Shown one piece after another: positions 18,066-27,926 of a DNA stretch of 64,000 nucleotides. This DNA comes from Candidatus Eiseniibacteriota bacterium (GTDB lineage Bacteria > Eisenbacteria > RBG-16-71-46). The stretch spans positions 78,612-142,611 of the forward strand of contig JANMQY010000058.1 of the NCBI GenBank assembly GCA_031370785.1. Direction: 5' to 3'. Under the pieces are notes generated by a model, which worked only from the letters and a program-made list of their open reading frames with translations, was not told the DNA's origin and did not search any database. Position 1 is the stretch's first letter; each line of letters starts with the position of its first letter. The translations under genes and the position numbers were made by a program.

Positions 18066-18766
18066 GACCGGCCCACCTGGCCGCTCCGGCGACTGCGGCT
18101 CTCGATGCACTGGTCGCGCTGGCGTTGCCGCATCGCTGCCCCGAGTGCGCGGCGCCGTCGGATCCGGTGCGGGTGCTGTGCGAGGCGTGCTTCGCTTCGA
18201 TTCCGCGCCTCGCGCTTCCGCTGTGCGCGAAGTGCTCGGCGCGCGGGGCGAGTCCGGTCGGATGCGTTCGCCATCCCGGACATCAGGTGTGGCCGGCGTG
18301 GATCTATGACGAGGCCGTGGCCGCGGTGGTCGCGGCGCTCAAGTACGGCGAGCGTCCGGGCGTGGCCGCCTCTCTCGGCGGCGAGCTGGCGCGCGTGGTG
18401 CCGCGCGCGCGCCGGTGGGACCTGGTGCTGGCGGTGCCGCTCCATCGCGCGCGGCAGCGCGAGCGCGGGTACAATCAGGCCGCCTGCCTCGCGCAGGGGC
18501 TCGCATCCGCGATCGGCGCGCCGTTCTTCGAAGGCGTGCCGCAGCGGCTCCGGGCGACGGCCGCGCAGGCGCGGCTGGACGCGCACGAGCGCCGGCGCAA
18601 CCTGCGAGGGGCGTTCCGGGTGCGGAGCCCGCACCCGCTCGCCGGCAGGCGCGTGCTGCTGGTGGACGACGTGATGACCACCGGGGCGACGCTCGAGGCG
18701 TGTCTCGATACGTTGCACTCGGCCGGGGCGGAAACCGCCGCGGTCACCCTGGCCTGGGCGCAGTAG
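18062..18766 (+). CDS. ComF/GntX-family phosphoribosyltransferase-domain protein
   Basis: It has an N-terminal Cys-rich double zinc ribbon (CPEC..CEAC..CAKC) and a PRTase motif (VLLVDDVMTTGAT). The start overlaps the aroE stop as ATGA. Confidence 0.8.
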   Translation: MRPAHLAAPATAALDALVALALPHRCPECAAPSDPVRVLCEACFASIPRLALPLCAKCSARGASPVGCVRHPGHQVWPAWIYDEAVAAVVAALKYGERPGVAASLGGELARVVPRARRWDLVLAVPLHRARQRERGYNQAACLAQGLASAIGAPFFEGVPQRLRATAAQARLDAHERRRNLRGAFRVRSPHPLAGRRVLLVDDVMTTGATLEACLDTLHSAGAETAAVTLAWAQ

Positions 18767-18768
18767 CC

Positions 18769-19428
18769 ATGTCGCATCTGCACATTCCGGACGGCGTGCT
18801 GCCGTGGTGGGTGTGGGTGCCCGGGCTCGCGATCGCGCTCGTGCTGCTCGCGCTCGGCGCGCGCCGGGCGCGCGCCGAGTCCCAGTTGAACGTCGCGATC
18901 CGGGGCGCGCTGGGCGGTCTGGTGCTGGCGGCGATGGCGATCGAGCTTCCGCTCGGCCCGGTGGAATACCATCTGTGCCTGGTGGGCCCGGTCGGGGTGC
19001 TGCTCGGGGCGACCGGAGCATTTCAGGTGATGTTCGTGGTGAGCGCGATCCTCGCGTTCGCCGGACACGGAGGATTCACGGTGGTGGGATTGAACGCCCT
19101 GGTTCTGGCCGCGGGCGCCGCGATCGCGCGCCCGCTCTACCGGAGCCTCTCTTCGAAGCTCGCGCCCGGGCCGGCGCTGGCCCTGACTTCGGCCGGAGCG
19201 CAGGCGCTGTCCGGGCTCGCCTGGCTCGCGGTGGTCGCGCTCGCGCTGCGCTTCGGGATGGCGGCATCGCCGGCGCGGGTCGGAATGATCGGCGCGCTCA
19301 CTCTGCCGCTGTGGCTGCTCGGCATCACGGTCGAGGCGGCGGTGGGCTACGGACTGGCGCGCTTCCTCGCCCGGGTGCGGCCCGATCTGCTGCCCGCGCG
19401 GCAGATCGGGCAGGTGGAGGCGGCTTGA
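18769..19428 (+). CDS. cbiM: ECF-transporter substrate-specific component, CbiM/NikM-like
   Basis: The N-terminal motif MSHLHIPDGVLPWW resembles CbiM and the protein is polytopic. Confidence 0.78.
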   Translation: MSHLHIPDGVLPWWVWVPGLAIALVLLALGARRARAESQLNVAIRGALGGLVLAAMAIELPLGPVEYHLCLVGPVGVLLGATGAFQVMFVVSAILAFAGHGGFTVVGLNALVLAAGAAIARPLYRSLSSKLAPGPALALTSAGAQALSGLAWLAVVALALRFGMAASPARVGMIGALTLPLWLLGITVEAAVGYGLARFLARVRPDLLPARQIGQVEAA

Positions 19429-20144
19429 TCAACGTGCTCTCGCGCATCGATCATCTGGCGAGCGCTGGCGGAACCCCATGGCACCGCGCCAGTGCGCTCT
19501 CGAAGCTCGTGCTCGCGGCCGCGCTGATCGGGCTCGCGGTGGGCGCGCCGTCGTTGAGCCTGCTGGTCGCGCTCTACGCTTTTGCGTGGCTGCTCGCGCT
19601 CACCAGCCGGCTGCCGGCTCGGTTGATCGTGCTGGCGGCGGGCTACCCGATCGTGTTCTCGGGACTGTTCCTGCTCGGTGCGTGGGATGGCACCTGGCAG
19701 ACTCCGGTGCGCCTTCTGATTCGTCCGCTCACCGCGAGCCTGGTCGCGGTGTGGCTGGTTGGGACCACGCCCTATCCCGATCTGTTCGCCCCGCTCTCGC
19801 GGATTCTGCCGCGCAGCGTGGGGGACGGCCTGTTCCTCACCTATCGCGCCCTGTTCGATCTCATGGCGCGCGCGGATCGCCTGTGGCGCGCGCTCCGCCT
19901 GCGCGGCGGCGCGGCCGGTCCGCCGCGGCGGCGCCTGACGGTTGCCGGTGAAGGACTGGGCACGCTCGTGCTGTACGGGTTCGAGCGCAGCCGCCGGCAG
20001 TATGCGACCATGCTGCTGCGCGGCCACTCGGGACGCATCTGCGGCTGCCGCCACTATGCGGCGTGGACGAGTGCGGACCTGCTCGTGGCGATGGCCGCGC
20101 TCGGCGTGGGCGTGGCGGCAGCGGTCCTGTGGGGGAGAGCGTGA
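19425..20144 (+). CDS. cbiQ: ECF-transporter transmembrane T component (CbiQ)
   Basis: It is a CbiQ-like membrane protein. The start is uncertain: TTG at 19425 or GTG at 19434. Confidence 0.72.
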   Translation: MINVLSRIDHLASAGGTPWHRASALSKLVLAAALIGLAVGAPSLSLLVALYAFAWLLALTSRLPARLIVLAAGYPIVFSGLFLLGAWDGTWQTPVRLLIRPLTASLVAVWLVGTTPYPDLFAPLSRILPRSVGDGLFLTYRALFDLMARADRLWRALRLRGGAAGPPRRRLTVAGEGLGTLVLYGFERSRRQYATMLLRGHSGRICGCRHYAAWTSADLLVAMAALGVGVAAAVLWGRA

Positions 20145-21169
20145 ACGACCCGGCGGTGCGCGTCTCGTGCGTGCGCCATACCTATCCCGATCACACCCAG
20201 GTGCATCTGTGTGGTCTCGATTTCGTGGTCGAGGCCGGCACGCGGGTGGTGATTCTCGGGCCCAACGGCTGCGGCAAGACCACCCTTCTGTTCCACGTGC
20301 TCGGACTGCTCGAGCCGCAGGAGGGCGAGGTCAGCGTGTTCGGGGTGAATCCCGCGCGGCACTTCAACCGGATTCGCGAGCGGGTCGGCGTGCTGCTGCA
20401 GAATGCCGACGAGCAGATCATCGCGCCGACGGTGTGGGACGACGTCTCGTTCTCGCCACGCAGCTACGGCTACGCCGAGCCCGATGTGAACCGGCTGGTG
20501 CGCGAGGCGCTCGAGTGCGTGGGGATCGCCCATTTGCGCGACAAGGTGTGTCACCATCTGTCGGGCGGGGAGAAGCGCAAGGTCGCGCTGGCCGGCGCAC
20601 TCGTGCTCAAGCCGGAGCTGCTGGTTCTGGACGAGCCGTTCGAGGGGCTGGATCCTGCCTCGCGCACCGACCTGGTCGAGCTGCTCAACCGCCTGCACCG
20701 CGAACAGGGCGTCACGCTGGTGATGGCGACCCACGATGTGAACGTGGTCGCGGCGATGGCCGACATGGTGTACGTGCTGCTGCGCGGCGGCGAGATCGTC
20801 GCCCAGGGAGCCCCGCGCGAGATCTTCCGCGATCCGGGAATGCTCAGGCGCAGCAACATCGAGCCTCCGGTGCTGGCCGAGCTGTTCCAGCGCCTCGAGG
20901 ATGGCGGACTCCCGCTCGGCCGCCCGCAATCGCTGGACGAGGCGGCCCGGCTGCTCGCCACCGCATTCGCCCGGCGCGATCCGCGAGCCTCCGGGCCGGT
21001 GCACGAAGTCGCGGGCGACGATCTGTTCGCGGCGCCCAATCCGACGGCGGCGGCGGAGCCCGGCGCACCGGCCGCTCGTCCGGCCGACGCTCAAGGAACT
21101 GCCGATGCGCCACGGCCCACTGAAGCCGCGACGCCCGCGGCCGCGGCTCCCGGCTCCCGGCGACCGTGA
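20141..21169 (+). CDS. cbiO: ECF-transporter ATPase (CbiO) with an Ala/Pro-rich C-terminal tail
   Basis: Walker A (GPNGCGKTT), the ABC signature (LSGGEKRKV) and Walker B are present. The start overlaps the cbiQ stop as GTGA. The C-terminal ~100 aa are low-complexity (A/P-rich). Confidence 0.85.
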   Translation: MNDPAVRVSCVRHTYPDHTQVHLCGLDFVVEAGTRVVILGPNGCGKTTLLFHVLGLLEPQEGEVSVFGVNPARHFNRIRERVGVLLQNADEQIIAPTVWDDVSFSPRSYGYAEPDVNRLVREALECVGIAHLRDKVCHHLSGGEKRKVALAGALVLKPELLVLDEPFEGLDPASRTDLVELLNRLHREQGVTLVMATHDVNVVAAMADMVYVLLRGGEIVAQGAPREIFRDPGMLRRSNIEPPVLAELFQRLEDGGLPLGRPQSLDEAARLLATAFARRDPRASGPVHEVAGDDLFAAPNPTAAAEPGAPAARPADAQGTADAPRPTEAATPAAAAPGSRRP

Positions 21170-21196
21170 GCGGGTGGTTGCCCGCCCGCGCCGACC

Positions 21197-22549
21197 ATGA
21201 CCGATGACCTGTTCGGCCCGGCGCCCGTCAAGGGCGGCGCGCCCGCACCCGGCGAAGGACCGCTCGCGGACCGCATGCGCCCGCGCACCTTCGAAGAGCT
21301 GGTCGGACAGGACGCGCTGTTCGAGCAGGGTGCGCCGCTCGCGCTGATGCGCGACGGGCGTCACCTGAGCTCGGCCATCCTGTGGGGACCGCCCGGAACC
21401 GGCAAGACCACGCTGGCGAGACTGATCGCGTCCCAGGTCAAGGTTCCGTTCGTCTCCTTCAGCGCCGTGCTATCGGGCGTCCGCGAAGTGCGAGAGACCC
21501 TGCACCGGGCCGCCGCCGAGCGAAAGCGCAGCGGCCGTCCGACCCTGCTGTTCGTGGACGAGATCCATCGATTCAACAAGTCGCAGCAGGATGCGTTCCT
21601 CTCGCACGTCGAATCCGGAGACATCATCCTGATCGGAGCCACCACCGAGAACCCTTCGTTCGAGGTGAACTCCGCGCTGCTCTCACGCGCGCGGGTAGTG
21701 GTGCTGAAGGAACTCGGGCCAAAGGATCTGCGCGTGCTGCTCGATCGTGCCCTCGCCGACCGCGAACGCGGTCTGCCGCGTGCGGTCGAGGCCGATCCGG
21801 AGGCGCTCGATCTGATCGCCCAGGGCGCGGACGGCGATGCGCGCCGCGCGCTGAATGCGCTCGAGATCGCGGCGGCCGCGGGCGGGCGCATCACGCGCGA
21901 AGCCGCCGAGCGGGCGCTGACTCATCGGCACCTGCGCTACGATCGCGTCGGCGAAGAGCACTACAACCTGATCTCGGCGTTGCACAAGTCGCTGCGCGAC
22001 TCCGATCCGCACGCCGGGCTGTACTGGCTCGCGCGGATGCTGGCCGCGGGCGAGGATCCGCTGTACGTCGCGCGACGCATGGTGCGCTTCGCGAGTGAGG
22101 ACGTCGGCAACGCCGACCCGCGCGCGCTGACCATCGCGGTTGCCGCGTTTCAGGCGTACCACCAGCTCGGGTCCCCGGAGGGTGAGCTGGCGCTGGCGCA
22201 GTGCTGCGCCTACCTCGCGACCGCGCCCAAGAGCAACGCGGTGTATGAAGGGTTCGGGCGCGCGATCGCCGAGGTGGAATCCAGCGGCAGCCTGCCGCCG
22301 CCGCTCGTGATCCGGAACGCCCCTACCCGCCTGATGAAGGACCTGGGCTACGGTGCGGGCTACCGCTATGCCCATGACCAGCCGGGCGCGATCGCCGATC
22401 AGCAGCATCTGCCCGATGCACTGGCTGGCCGGCGTTTCTACGAGCCCGTCGAGCGCGGCGAAGAGGCGGAAATCGCCCGTCGCATGCGGGAGTGGGAGCG
22501 CCTGATCTCGCCGCCCGGGGACGACCCGAAGGGCGGGGCGACGTCCTAG
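21197..22549 (+). CDS. rarA: Replication-associated recombination protein A (AAA+ ATPase)
   Basis: The AAA+ fold (GPPGTGKTT) and the MgsA C-terminal domain are present. Confidence 0.92.
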   Translation: MTDDLFGPAPVKGGAPAPGEGPLADRMRPRTFEELVGQDALFEQGAPLALMRDGRHLSSAILWGPPGTGKTTLARLIASQVKVPFVSFSAVLSGVREVRETLHRAAAERKRSGRPTLLFVDEIHRFNKSQQDAFLSHVESGDIILIGATTENPSFEVNSALLSRARVVVLKELGPKDLRVLLDRALADRERGLPRAVEADPEALDLIAQGADGDARRALNALEIAAAAGGRITREAAERALTHRHLRYDRVGEEHYNLISALHKSLRDSDPHAGLYWLARMLAAGEDPLYVARRMVRFASEDVGNADPRALTIAVAAFQAYHQLGSPEGELALAQCCAYLATAPKSNAVYEGFGRAIAEVESSGSLPPPLVIRNAPTRLMKDLGYGAGYRYAHDQPGAIADQQHLPDALAGRRFYEPVERGEEAEIARRMREWERLISPPGDDPKGGATS

Positions 22550-22582
22550 GGATGGCGCCCCGGGGTGCTGTCCCGCCCCGCC
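22531..22582 (+). terminator. Possible rarA terminator (long GC-rich imperfect hairpin)
   Basis: The arms GGGCGGGGCGAC ... GTCCCGCCCCGCCC enclose an inner CCCCGGGG palindrome. An AT-richer stretch follows. Confidence 0.3.
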
Positions 22583-22709
22583 CCAGATGTGTTCTTGAGT
22601 CTTCGCATGTGAAATATCTATGCTTCCGCCGTCCGGTTGCCTGAATTGCTCGCAGGGTTGTGCCCTTCACGCTCGCATCCCCCGAAGTCTGCCAGTCAGG
22701 GAAACAAAA

Positions 22710-23771
22710 ATGACGATTCCAACCGAACCCATCGGCAGCATTCCTCGACCGCTCCACCTGATCGAAGCGTTCTCGGAGCGGGACAGCGAAGACCCGAGCC
22801 TGGGTCCGCTCTACGAGGAAGCGATACGAGACACCATCGAGCGTTTCGAGGCCACCGGGTCACCCGTGATCACCGACGGCGAACAGAGGAAGTTTCATAA
22901 TTTCTGGACCTACAGTGTTCACGCGCTTCCGAACACCTCACCCGATGGCTTCAAGATCCCTTTCGCGGCGGGTCACACGCGCCGCATGCTGCGGCTCACG
23001 AAGGGCCCGTTCCGTTACCGGCGCTACGCGGACGAGTACCTCGAGTACGCACAACGACATACGCATCGGCCGGTCAAGCAGGCGGTCATCTCGCCGTCGG
23101 CATTGAGCCTCATGTATCCCCCCGAGGGGATTCCCGGTTATTCGCGCGAACAGTTCCTCGACGATCTGCTCAACGAGCACGAGACGGAAGTCCGTCGCTG
23201 CCTCAAGAAGGGAGCTCACGCGGTTCAGATCGATTTCACCGAGGGGCGGCTGGCGATGAAGGTCGATCCCACGGGGAATCTGCTCAACAGCTTCATCGAT
23301 CTGAACAACCTCGCGCTGTCACGCTTCTCCGCGCAGGACCGCGCCCGCCTGGGGGTGCACACCTGCCCCGGTGGCGATCGCGATTCGACCCACAGCGCGG
23401 ACGTCGACTACGCCGAGTTGCTGCCCAGCCTGTTCGAACTGAGGGTCGGTAATTTCTACATCGCGCTCGCGTGCGAGAAGAACCCGGTCGAAGTACTGAA
23501 AATCATCCGGAAACACATGAAGCCTGACCAGCGGGTGTTCGTCGGCGTTGTGGAGACGATCAACCCGCGCATCGAGACTCGCGAAGAAGTCCGTGACCGT
23601 ATTCTCGAGGCAGCCGAGTACCTCCCGCTCGATCGGCTGGGCACCACCGACGATTGCGGTTACGCGCCGTTCAGCGACGATGTGTCCACCAGCCGCGACA
23701 CTGCGTTCGCCAAGATCCAGGCGCGCGTGGAGGGCACCGCGCTTGCGTCGGAGGCGATCGGAGACAGGTAG
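22710..23771 (+). CDS. Cobalamin-independent methionine synthase (MetE) C-terminal-domain-like methyltransferase (short form)
   Basis: The 353-aa protein has UROD/MetE-like fold motifs. It is preceded by the only markedly AT-richer intergenic patch in this part of the window. Confidence 0.75.
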   Translation: MTIPTEPIGSIPRPLHLIEAFSERDSEDPSLGPLYEEAIRDTIERFEATGSPVITDGEQRKFHNFWTYSVHALPNTSPDGFKIPFAAGHTRRMLRLTKGPFRYRRYADEYLEYAQRHTHRPVKQAVISPSALSLMYPPEGIPGYSREQFLDDLLNEHETEVRRCLKKGAHAVQIDFTEGRLAMKVDPTGNLLNSFIDLNNLALSRFSAQDRARLGVHTCPGGDRDSTHSADVDYAELLPSLFELRVGNFYIALACEKNPVEVLKIIRKHMKPDQRVFVGVVETINPRIETREEVRDRILEAAEYLPLDRLGTTDDCGYAPFSDDVSTSRDTAFAKIQARVEGTALASEAIGDR

Positions 23772-26092
23772 TGGATAGTCACGACGAAGAACTCGAGCGG
23801 CTGCGGTCGGTAGCGCTTCAGAATGCCAACAGCATTCTCATCGCGCGCCAGCGCGCCGAGAACGAGCTGATCCAGGCAAAGGAAGCCCTCGAGCAGAAGA
23901 CCGCCGAGCTCGCCGACTCGCTTTCGATGATGCGCGCGACGCTGGAGTCCACCACGGACGGGATCCTGGTGACGGACGCCGCCGCCCGGGTAACGGGCTT
24001 CAACGAAAACTACGTGTCGATGTGGGGAATGCCTCGCGAGCTCATCGATTCGCGAGACCACAGGCTGCTCATCGACTTCATCTCGAAGCGAGTCGTGGAG
24101 CCGGAGAAGTATCTCGCGCGAATGGCGGAGATCTACGCGACCTCGCCGCCGGAAAGCTTCGACGTCCTGCGTCTGCTCGATGGAAAGGTGCTGGAGCGAT
24201 ATTCGAGGATCCAGTTCCTCAGAGAGCGAAACATCGGGCGCGTCTGGAGCTTCCGCGACGTCACCGAGCGCAGGCGCGCCGAGGAAGCCGTGCGCGAGGA
24301 GAGCCGCCTTCTCGAGCTGCTGAACCGGACCGGGACCACGCTGGCCTCGCAGCTCGAGCTGCAATCGCTCGCGCAGGCGGTGACCGATGCGGGCACCGAG
24401 CTGAGCGGCGCCACGTTCGGAGCGTTCTTCTACAACCCGAAGGATGCGAAACGCGAGGGGTACGTGCTCTACGCGGTTTCCGGCGCGCCGGGAGAGGTTC
24501 TGGACAAGAGGGGGCAGCCGCCGCGGATCGGTTCCGCGTTCGACGGCGAAGCTCCGGTGCGCTGCGACGATGTTCTCAACGATCCGCGCCCCGGCGACAT
24601 GGCGCCATTCGCCGGGACCGCGTCGGATGCATCGCCGGTTCGAAGCATCCTGGCGGTTCCGGTGATGTCGCGCTCCGGCTCCGTGATCGGCCGGCTGTTC
24701 TTCGGGCATCCCAACCCAGGCGTGTTCATCGAGCGCACCGAGCGGATCATCGTGGGAATCGCCGCTCAGGCGGCGATCGCGATCGACAACGCCCGCCTGT
24801 ACGAGGCAGCGCAGAACGCGGCCGAAGAGCGCAGGAAGCTCCTCGAGAGGGAACGGTCGGCGCGCGCCGATGCGGAGCGCAGCAACGAGCTGAAGGACGA
24901 GTTCCTCGCGACCGTCTCCCACGAGCTTCGGACCCCGCTGAGCGCCATTCTCGGGTGGGCCACGATTCTCCGTCGCGATGGGTCGGACGAGGTCCAGCTG
25001 AAGCAGGGACTCGAGGTCATCGAGCGAAACGCCCGCGTCCAGGCCCAGCTGATCGAAGACCTTCTCGACATGAGCCGGATCAACTCCGGGAAGATGCGGC
25101 TCGAGATCCAGCTGGTGGAACCGACCCTGTTCATCGAGGCCGCGATCGAAACCGTGAGGCCCGCTGCCGACGCGAAGGGAATCCGGCTCGAGAAGCTGCT
25201 GGATCCGCTGGCCGGCCCGGTCCTCGGCGATCCCAGCCGGCTGCAGCAGGTCGTCTGGAATCTTCTCTCGAACGCGATCAAGTTCACGCCCAGGGATGGG
25301 AGGGTGCAGGTCGTTCTGGAGCGAGTGAACTCGCACATCGAGATCAGCGTCGCCGACACGGGGCTCGGCATCGAGCCCGACTTTCTCCCGCAGGTATTCG
25401 ATCGCTTCCTGCAGGCGGATGCTTCGGCCTCCCGGACGCAGGGAGGGCTCGGCCTCGGCCTGTCCATCGTGAAGAACCTGGTCGAGCTGCACGGAGGCAC
25501 GGTGCAGGTCGCGAGCCCCGGGATCGGGCACGGCACGACCTTCGCGGTAAAGCTTCCCCTGACCGTGGTCCACCGGAACCTTCACGGAGAAGAGCGCCTG
25601 CACCCGAAGACGCCCAAAGCGATCTCAGGGGGCTTCCAGCGCTACGATCTCTCCGGACTCAAGGTGCTGGTCGTCGATGACGAAGCGGATGCGCGCGATC
25701 TCATCAGCCGGGTGCTCGAAGACTGCGATGCCGAGGTGATCACGGCCGCGAACGCCGATGAGGCGATGGTGCTTCTCGAGAAGAAGAGACCCCACGTGCT
25801 GGTGAGCGACATCGGCATGCCCAACGTCGATGGCTACGAGCTCCTCAGGCGCGTGCGGGCGCTCCCGTCCTATGCGGGCGGGAAGATACCGGCGATCGCG
25901 CTCACCGCATTCGCCAGGTCCGAGGACCGCACCCGGGCGCTCGGGGCCGGCTTCCAGGTCCATGTCTCGAAGCCGGTCGAGCCCTCCGAGCTGGTCGTCA
26001 CCATCGCGAGTGTCGCCGGGCGCACCGCGCAGCCGGGCGTCGAGAGATCGGGCGAACGATCGACCTGGTCTCCCGACAAGGGCGGCGCCTAG
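23771..26092 (+). CDS. Hybrid sensor histidine kinase (PAS/GAF - HisKA - HATPase - REC)
   Basis: It has an H-box (VSHELRTPL), HATPase G-boxes, and a C-terminal receiver domain (VLVVDDEAD..DIGMP). The start is GTG directly after the upstream stop. Confidence 0.85.
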   Translation: MDSHDEELERLRSVALQNANSILIARQRAENELIQAKEALEQKTAELADSLSMMRATLESTTDGILVTDAAARVTGFNENYVSMWGMPRELIDSRDHRLLIDFISKRVVEPEKYLARMAEIYATSPPESFDVLRLLDGKVLERYSRIQFLRERNIGRVWSFRDVTERRRAEEAVREESRLLELLNRTGTTLASQLELQSLAQAVTDAGTELSGATFGAFFYNPKDAKREGYVLYAVSGAPGEVLDKRGQPPRIGSAFDGEAPVRCDDVLNDPRPGDMAPFAGTASDASPVRSILAVPVMSRSGSVIGRLFFGHPNPGVFIERTERIIVGIAAQAAIAIDNARLYEAAQNAAEERRKLLERERSARADAERSNELKDEFLATVSHELRTPLSAILGWATILRRDGSDEVQLKQGLEVIERNARVQAQLIEDLLDMSRINSGKMRLEIQLVEPTLFIEAAIETVRPAADAKGIRLEKLLDPLAGPVLGDPSRLQQVVWNLLSNAIKFTPRDGRVQVVLERVNSHIEISVADTGLGIEPDFLPQVFDRFLQADASASRTQGGLGLGLSIVKNLVELHGGTVQVASPGIGHGTTFAVKLPLTVVHRNLHGEERLHPKTPKAISGGFQRYDLSGLKVLVVDDEADARDLISRVLEDCDAEVITAANADEAMVLLEKKRPHVLVSDIGMPNVDGYELLRRVRALPSYAGGKIPAIALTAFARSEDRTRALGAGFQVHVSKPVEPSELVVTIASVAGRTAQPGVERSGERSTWSPDKGGA

Positions 26093-26865
26093 TACCGACC
26101 ACGGCGGCGCTCCTTCGCCGGGAGATTCTCGAGGCAGGTCGTCCACCATCCGGTGCGGATCGTGGTCACGAACTCGGGTGGCAGCGCCTCCGCTTCCATC
26201 TCCCGCGCCAGCGCCTCGTGGTCGTAAGAGGCCCGACGGAACTCGACTCGAACCTCTGCGCCGACGCTCAGCATCGCGTAGCACACGTCGGTGCGTCCGT
26301 CGTTGGCCGGTCGCCCGATCGCACCGACGTTCAGCACGTGCCGGCCGGACGGCAGCTCACGATGCCACGGCAGCCCGGTGTGCGTGCAGGCGATGACCTC
26401 GACGCCGTGCGTCTCGCACAGCCATTCGAGGAACGCGTCCGAGCACGTGCTCTCCCACAGGAATTCGTTTACGCGCCGCGGCGACCCGTGGCACAGCAGG
26501 ATGCGGCGGCCGCCGGCGTCGAGCCGGTGCTGTTCCGGCCGGGACCCCATCCAGGCGCGATGCGTGGCAGAAGTGCGCGCCAATGTGTAGTCGTACGAGA
26601 TCTGGGCGAACCGGTTGTCGAGCGGATCGGTGTAGCCGCATCCGCAGTCGGGAAGGCCCTCGCCGATCGATGCGTCGTAGTTGCCGCGCAGCATGCCGAC
26701 CTCCGCCGCACGCAGCAGATCGGCGGCGCGGTCGGGGTGGGGCCCGAAGCCGCCCAGATCACCGAGGCACCACGTCGAGTCCGCTCCGCTCTGCGCCACG
26801 TCTTCGAGAACGCGCTCGAGCGCCAGGTGGTTGCTGTACACGCCGCCGAACAGTGCGAGCTTCAT
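26089..26865 (-). CDS. Calcineurin-like metallophosphoesterase (YfcE/MJ0936-like)
   Basis: It carries the phosphoesterase metal-binding motifs (GDLGG, GNYD, CHG, GH). Confidence 0.8.
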   Translation of the reverse strand: MKLALFGGVYSNHLALERVLEDVAQSGADSTWCLGDLGGFGPHPDRAADLLRAAEVGMLRGNYDASIGEGLPDCGCGYTDPLDNRFAQISYDYTLARTSATHRAWMGSRPEQHRLDAGGRRILLCHGSPRRVNEFLWESTCSDAFLEWLCETHGVEVIACTHTGLPWHRELPSGRHVLNVGAIGRPANDGRTDVCYAMLSVGAEVRVEFRRASYDHEALAREMEAEALPPEFVTTIRTGWWTTCLENLPAKERRRGRY

Positions 26866-26873
26866 CCCGAGCC

Positions 26874-27779
26874 TCATCCGTTGGCGCAGGTCATGCCGGT
26901 CACGTAACAGGTGAAGCATGCGCCGTGGTCAAGCCGGTAGGGAGCCTGGGCGTCGATCAGGCGCTCTCCGAGCCGGCCGCCCGGCTCGTCCACCAGCAGC
27001 GGGCATACGAACACGCCCTTGGCGGTCACCGCGCGGCAGTGACCGCACTGCAGCCGCTGTGGATCGAATCCTTCGGCCGGAAGATCGCGAAGGCTCTCGA
27101 AGGCCTCGTAGCCGCGCGAGCGTGCGGTCTCGCGGCCGAGCCGGAACATGGGCAGCACCTTGAGTCGCGGGCGGGCGAGACCGGCCGCGCGCAGCATGAC
27201 GAGATAGCGCGCGCGGAACGAGAGATCGTCCTCGTCGGTGGAATGGGTCGCGGTGACGATCGGGAGCAGCCCGCTCGCCTCGAGGCCACGCAGCCCATCC
27301 AGGGCGCGCTCGAAGCTGCCGGGGCCCCGGAATCGATCGTGCTCCGCGGCGGTCGCGCCGTCGAGGCTCACCCGGATCTCGAGCGTGTAGCGCGTGGCTT
27401 CATCCAGTCGGCGCAGGTCCGCGAGCCGCTCGGATGTGAACAGTGTTCCATTGGTGAGCACGGTGCACGGGGCGAGAGGAAGGGTGTCCTCAAGGATCTC
27501 GAGCAGCGCGGGGTGCATGAACGGCTCGCCGCCGGTGAAGTAGAACTCCCTGACCCCGAGCGCGAGCCCTTCGCACACGCGCGCGCCCACCTCCTCGCGC
27601 GACATCAGCCCGTGGTGCAGATCACCCGGCCCACACGACACGAAGCAGTGCGTGCACGTCAGATTGCACAGCGTGCCCGCCACCTGGATCCACAGCGCAT
27701 CGAGATGATGGAGCGGCTGCGCGGGCCAGGCCGGATCCGCTCCGGGGAGAATCGTGTGTGGAGAAGCGAACGACGTCAT
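26874..27779 (-). CDS. Radical SAM enzyme with C-terminal SPASM-type auxiliary cluster domain
   Basis: The CNLTCTHC (CxxxCxxC) motif is near the N-terminus. The C-terminal 7-Cys pattern (CGHC..VFVC..GACFTCYVTGMTC) is typical of SPASM. Confidence 0.85.
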   Translation of the reverse strand: MTSFASPHTILPGADPAWPAQPLHHLDALWIQVAGTLCNLTCTHCFVSCGPGDLHHGLMSREEVGARVCEGLALGVREFYFTGGEPFMHPALLEILEDTLPLAPCTVLTNGTLFTSERLADLRRLDEATRYTLEIRVSLDGATAAEHDRFRGPGSFERALDGLRGLEASGLLPIVTATHSTDEDDLSFRARYLVMLRAAGLARPRLKVLPMFRLGRETARSRGYEAFESLRDLPAEGFDPQRLQCGHCRAVTAKGVFVCPLLVDEPGGRLGERLIDAQAPYRLDHGACFTCYVTGMTCANG

Positions 27780-27926
27780 GAGACTCCTCGTGCTGGGCTA
27801 GGGAGAAACGCCGTTCCGGCGCGGGAGCGTGGTTTGACCGCCCGCGCGCCGCCGCCTATCCTGATCCGTTCGGTTCCGGCCACCGGGCCGCCCCCGCACC
27901 GGGCGCGGGCCCTAGAGCGAGGGAGC

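Noticed and set aside
22550-22709. Possible cobalamin or SAM riboswitch upstream of the MetE-like gene
   Set aside because: The leader is only about 160 nt and contains no convincing B12 box or SAM-I core. It contains a GCCAGTC, which only weakly resembles a B12-box sequence. It is more likely a terminator plus an AT-rich promoter.
26874-27779. Radical SAM gene as a prokaryotic viperin-like defence enzyme
   Set aside because: The C-terminal Cys-rich SPASM-type domain and the lack of a viperin C-terminal extension argue against a pVip identity. No other defence-island genes are nearby.
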